DNA from: Paraphysomonas bandaiensis
Taxonomy: Eukaryota > Protista > Chrysophyceae
Length of the DNA: 56,386 bases
Direction: 5' to 3'
Assembly: GCA_965644295.1 (NCBI GenBank)
Contig: CBFFRP010000183.1
Coordinates: forward strand, 1-56,386
The notes beneath the pieces are model-generated. The model was not told the origin of the DNA, did not search any database, and saw nothing but the letters and a program-made list of their open reading frames with translations. A program made the position numbers and the translations under genes. The stretch's first letter is position 1; each line of letters begins with the position of its first letter. Positions 51,101-56,386 of the stretch are shown here, in pieces.

Positions 51101-54100
51101 TTGACGTGGCTCGTAGCTGAACATGGAGCTTATGATTTGTCTGGTCGGCACATATTTGTTGGGAGTGGACCGATTACAAGACAGAGTGCTGACCCATCTA
51201 ACCGTGATAATTTTGTTCGCATCAATTACCCGTCAGGTTGTGGTTCCTCCACAACACTTTGTTCCTTTGCTGAAGATGTCGATATCGGAGTGATACTTCA
51301 ACTACAGACCGTGGTCTATGATCGTTTGTTGATACCTCGCGGGTTCAATATTGCGAGGCGATTTGGCAAGTATGTGATTCAACCTCATGATTCAGTAGAT
51401 GAGAGCTACTATGTAATGCTTCTGCCAGAGACACTGTCGTACATGGCATTTGAAGCTGGTATTTCTGTAAGCTGTGCGGAGGGCTGGACATTTGAGACCC
51501 ATACGTATTCTGGCGTCACGGATAGTCTTTTGCATATCGATTTCATCAATGAGTACATTTCACCTCCAGGTGTATTTGGCATTGTGGGTACTTCGACGAG
51601 TCTTGTCGACAGCACCGGTCTCCGTGTATTTAGTGTAACAACAACTGGAGCGAATATGATAACCCAGGAGGATCAGTGTGTAGACGAGGAGACAATTCAT
51701 ACCACGGGGGAGAGTGTGTTGGTGTTCGTAATCGGAGAGGGAGCAGCTTCATCAGATTGTATCTTATGCAAAGGTATTTTGAGTGATTCTGTTACTGGTG
51801 CACCATCACCGTCACCATCGACCTCCTCACCGTCGGTATCTCATAGCCCTACCTCTTTTCCTACCCATACATCTACACCAAATCCTACAAATGCGCCAAC
51901 TTTCCAACCGACGCATTTCCCCACTGTACCCCCGACTCTTTCACCAACTGTAGCAGGTACAGATGCATGTGACGGCGGTGTTGATGACGAGATGATAGAT
52001 CTCGTTTCGGGAGAGCCTTTGACTTCGACCTGGGTGGAAATTGGTTTTGTAACTGTGGATGATCAGGCATGGGTTTCTGTGGTCACCTCTCTATTTACAT
52101 TCTCTGATGCTAGTGTGTTCATAAGCCTTCCCGATGTTCCTGGAGACACATCAAGTGAGGGCTATCCTGTAATTCCTCGGGTTCGCAATATGGAGGTATC
52201 ATCCGGTCATGTCTCGTTTGAGGCTCGTCTGTATCAGGCCAACGATAGTTTGTGTTCCAAAGAGTGGCATATTCCTGAACCGGTGTCTCCAGCCCCATTG
52301 TTGACGTGGCTCGTAGCTGAACATGGAGCTTATGATTTGTCTGGTCGGCACATATTTGTTGGGAGTGGACCGATTACAAGACAGAGTGCTGACCCTTCTA
52401 ACCGTGATAATTTTGTTCGCATCAATTACCCGTCAGGTTGTGGTTCCTCCACAACACTTTGTTCCTTTGCTGAAGATGTCGATATCGGAGTGATACTTCA
52501 ACTACAGACCGTGGTCTATGATCGTTTGTTGATACCTCGCGGGTTCAATATTGCGAGGCGATTTGGCAAGTATGTGATTCAACCTCATGATTCAGTAGAT
52601 GAGAGCTACTATGTAATGCTTCTGCCAGAGACACTGTCGTACATGGCATTTGAAGCTGGTATTTCTGTAAGCTGTGCGGAGGGCTGGACATTTGAGACCC
52701 ATACGTATTCTGGCGTCACGGATAGTCTTTTGCATATCGATTTCATCAATGAGTACATTTCACCTCCAGGTGTATTTGGCATTGTGGGTACTTCGACGAG
52801 TCTTGTCGACAGCACCGGTCTCCGTGTATTTAGTGTAACAACAACTGGAGCGAATATGATAACCCAGGAGGATCAGTGTGTAGACGAGGAGACAATTCAT
52901 ACCACGGGGGAGAGTGTGTTGGTGTTCGTAATCGGAGAGGGAGCAGCTTCATCAGATTGTATCTTATGCAAAGGTATTTTGAGTGATTCTGTTACTGGTG
53001 CACCATCACCGTCACCATCGACCTCCTCACCGTCGGTATCTCATAGCCCTACCTCTTTTCCTACCCATACATCTACACCAAATCCTACAAATGCGCCAAC
53101 TCTCCAACCGACGCATTTCCCCACTGTACCCCCGACTCTTTCACCAACTGTAGCAGGTACAGATGCATGTGACGGCGGTGTTGATGACGAGATGATAGAT
53201 CTCGTTTCGGGAGAGCCTTTGACTTCGACCTGGGTGGAAATTGGTTTTGTAACTGTGGATGATCAGGCATGGGTTTCTGTGGTCACCTCTCTATTTACAT
53301 TCTCTGATGCTAGTGTGTTCATAAGCCTTCCCGATGTTCCTGGAGACACATCAAGTGAGGGCTATCCTGTAATTCCTCGGGTTCGCAATATGGAGGTATC
53401 ATCCGGTCATGTCTCGTTTGAGGCTCGTCTGTATCAGGCCAACGATAGTTTGTGTTCCAAAGAGTGGCATATTCCTGAACCGGTGTCTCCAGCCCCATTG
53501 TTGACGTGGCTCGTAGCTGAACATGGAGCTTATGATTTGTCTGGTCGGCACATATTTGTTGGGAGTGGACCGATTACAAGACAGAGTGCTGACCCTTCTA
53601 ACCGTGATAATTTTGTTCGCATCAATTACCCGTCAGGTTGTGGTTCCTCCACAACACTTTGTTCCTTTGCTGAAGATGTCGATATCGGAGTGATACTTCA
53701 ACTACAGACCGTGGTCTATGATCGTTTGTTGATACCTCGCGGGTTCAATATTGCGAGGCGATTTGGCAAGTATGTGATTCAACCTCATGATTCAGTAGAT
53801 GAGAGCTACTATGTAATGCTTCTGCCGGAGACACTGTCGTACATGGCATTTGAAGCTGGTATTTCTGTAAGCTGTGCGGAGGGCTGGACATTTGAGACCC
53901 ATACGTATTCTGGCGTCACGGATAGTCTTTTGCATATCGATTTCATCAATGAGTACATTTCACCTCCAGGTGTATTTGGCATTGTGGGTACTTCGACGAG
54001 TCTTGTCGACAGCACCGGTCTCCGTGTATTTAGTGTAACAACAACTGGAGCGAATATGATAACCCAGGAGGATCAGTGTGTAGACGAGGAGACAATTCAT

Positions 54101-56386
54101 ACCACGGGGGAGAGTGTGTTGGTGTTCGTAATCGGAGAGGGAGCAGCTTCATCAGATTGTATCTTATGCAAAGGTATTTTGAGTGATTCTGTTACTGGTG
54201 CACCATCACCGTCACCATCGACCTCCTCACCGTCGGTATCTCATAGCCCTACCTCTTTTCCTACCCATACATCTACACCAAATCCTACAAATGCGCCAAC
54301 TCTCCAACCGACGCATTTCCCCACTGTACCCCCGACTCTTTCACCAACTGTAGCAGGTACAGATGCATGTGACGGCGGTGTTGATGACGAGATGATAGAT
54401 CTCGTTTCGGGAGAGCCTTTGACTTCGACCTGGGTGGAAATTGGTTTTGTAACTGTGGATGATCAGGCATGGGTTTCTGTGGTCACCTCTCTATTTACAT
54501 TCTCTGATGCTAGTGTGTTCATAAGCCTTCCCGATGTTCCTGGAGACACATCAAGTGAGGGCTATCCTGTAATTCCTCGGGTTCGCAATATGGAGGTATC
54601 ATCCGGTCATGTCTCGTTTGAGGCTCGTCTGTATCAGGCCAACGATAGTTTGTGTTCCAAAGAGTGGCATATTCCTGAACCGGTGTCTCCAGCCCCATTG
54701 TTGACGTGGCTCGTAGCTGAACATGGAGCTTATGATTTGTCTGGTCGGCACATATTTGTTGGGAGTGGACCGATTACAAGACAGAGTGCTGACCCTTCTA
54801 ACCGTGATAATTTTGTTCGCATCAATTACCCGTCAGGTTGTGGTTCCTCCACAACACTTTGTTCCTTTGCTGAAGATGTCGATATCGGAGTGATACTTCA
54901 ACTACAGACCGTGGTCTATGATCGTTTGTTGATACCTCGCGGGTTCAATATTGCGAGGCGATTTGGCAAGTATGTGATTCAACCTCATGATTCAGTAGAT
55001 GAGAGCTACTATGTAATGCTTCTGCCAGAGACACTGTCGTACATGGCATTTGAAGCTGGTATTTCTGTAAGCTGTGCGGAGGGCTGGACATTTGAGACCC
55101 ATACGTATTCTGGCGTCACGGATAGTCTTTTGCATATCGATTTCATCAATGAGTACATTTCACCTCCAGGTGTATTTGGCATTGTGGGTACTTCGACGAG
55201 TCTTGTCGACAGCACCGGTCTCCGTGTATTTAGTGTAACAACAACTGGAGCGAATATGATAACCCAGGAGGATCAGTGTGTAGACGAGGAGACAATTCAT
55301 ACCACGGGGGAGAGTGTGTTGGTGTTCGTAATCGGAGAGGGAGCAGCTTCATCAGATTGTATCTTATGCAAAGGTATTTTGAGTGATTCTGTTACTGGTG
55401 CACCATCACCGTCACCATCGACCTCCTCACCGTCGGTATCTCATAGCCCTACCTCTTTTCCTACCCATACATCTACACCAAATCCTACAAATGCGCCAAC
55501 TCTCCAACCGACGCATTTCCCCACTGTACCCCCGACTCTTTCACCAACTGTAGCAGGTACAGATGCATGTGACGGCGGTGTTGATGACGAGATGATAGAT
55601 CTCGTTTCGGGAGAGCCTTTGACTTCGACCTGGGTGGAAATTGGTTTTGTAACTGTGGATGATCAGGCATGGGTTTCTGTGGTCACCTCTCTATTTACAT
55701 TCTCTGATGCTAGTGTGTTCATAAGCCTTCCCGATGTTCCTGGAGACACATCAAGTGAGGGCTATCCTGTAATTCCTCGGGTTCGCAATATGGAGGTATC
55801 ATCCGGTCATGTCTCGTTTGAGGCTCGTCTGTATCAGGCCAACGATAGTTTGTGTTCCAAAGAGTGGCATATTCCTGAACCGGTGTCTCCAGCCCCATTG
55901 TTGACGTGGCTCGTAGCTGAACATGGAGCTTATGATTTGTCTGGTCGGCACATATTTGTTGGGAGTGGACCGATTACAAGACAGAGTGCTGACCCTTCTA
56001 ACCGTGATAATTTTGTTCGCATCAATTACCCGTCAGGTTGTGGTTCCTCCACAACACTTTGTTCCTTTGCTGAAGATGTCGATATCGGAGTGATACTTCA
56101 ACTACAGACCGTGGTCTATGATCGTTTGTTGATACCTCGCGGGTTCAATATTGCGAGGCGATTTGGCAAGTATGTGATTCAACCTCATGATTCAGTAGAT
56201 GAGAGCTACTATGTAATGCTTCTGCCAGAGACACTGTCGTACATGGCATTTGAAGCTGGTATTTCTGTAAGCTGTGCGGAGGGCTGGACATTTGAGACCC
56301 ATACGTATTCTGGCGTCACGGATAGTCTTTTGCATATCGATTTCATCAATGAGTACATTTCACCTCCAGGTGTATTTGGCATTGTG
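48130..56386 (+). CDS. Giant secreted subtilisin (S8A, proteinase K-like) with EGF repeats, a split NIDO-like domain and 400-aa tandem repeats; 3' incomplete
   Basis: Exons 48130-48976, 49032-49264 and 49361 to the window end. Signal peptide; triad VLDTG, HGSHCAG, GTSMACPHVAG; oxyanion AAGN; 4 tenascin-type EGF repeats (CSGHGxC). Exon 3 reads open by manual translation, giving at least 2,702 aa. Confidence 0.92.
50783..56386 (+). repeat. Coding tandem repeat, 1,200-bp period, at least 4.7 copies
   Basis: Units start at 50783, 51983, 53183, 54383 and 55583. They are in frame with exon 3 (50783-49361 = 474 codons). Confidence 0.99.

Noticed and set aside
51409-55670. Repeated minus-strand 68-aa and 61-aa ORFs
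   Set aside because: Antisense shadows of the open plus-strand repeat exon.

Overview
Eukaryotic genomic DNA, probably from a protist; short 46-164 nt GT-AG introns and the gene content suggest a stramenopile, which is an inference. Host genes: URI1-like prefoldin, a conserved hypothetical protein, a GT-A glycosyltransferase, NAPRT, a type I membrane protein, a cathepsin L-like protease, signal peptide peptidase, a Myb-like/C2H2 protein, and a giant subtilisin that runs off the window end. These are interspersed with many mobile-element remnants: RNase H-containing LINEs, LINE-derived SINE-like elements, hAT, IS630/Tc1, Copia, MITEs, and an AT-rich virus-like segment at the left edge. Four things stand out. 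(1) A secreted S8 protease of at least 2,700 aa, missed by the ORF track, whose propeptide, catalytic domain and EGF repeats appear nested inside a split NIDO-like domain, followed by 4.7 near-identical 400-aa repeats. (2) A non-autonomous retroelement family that shares the LINE 3' end and starts with an HDV-ribozyme-like 84-nt module. (3) A 2,984-bp TIR element with no recognisable transposase, carrying orphan and Tudor-like ORFs and inserted precisely into a Copia remnant. (4) Polinton-like-virus-style genes at 1-830. All calls are from manual reading; no searches were run.
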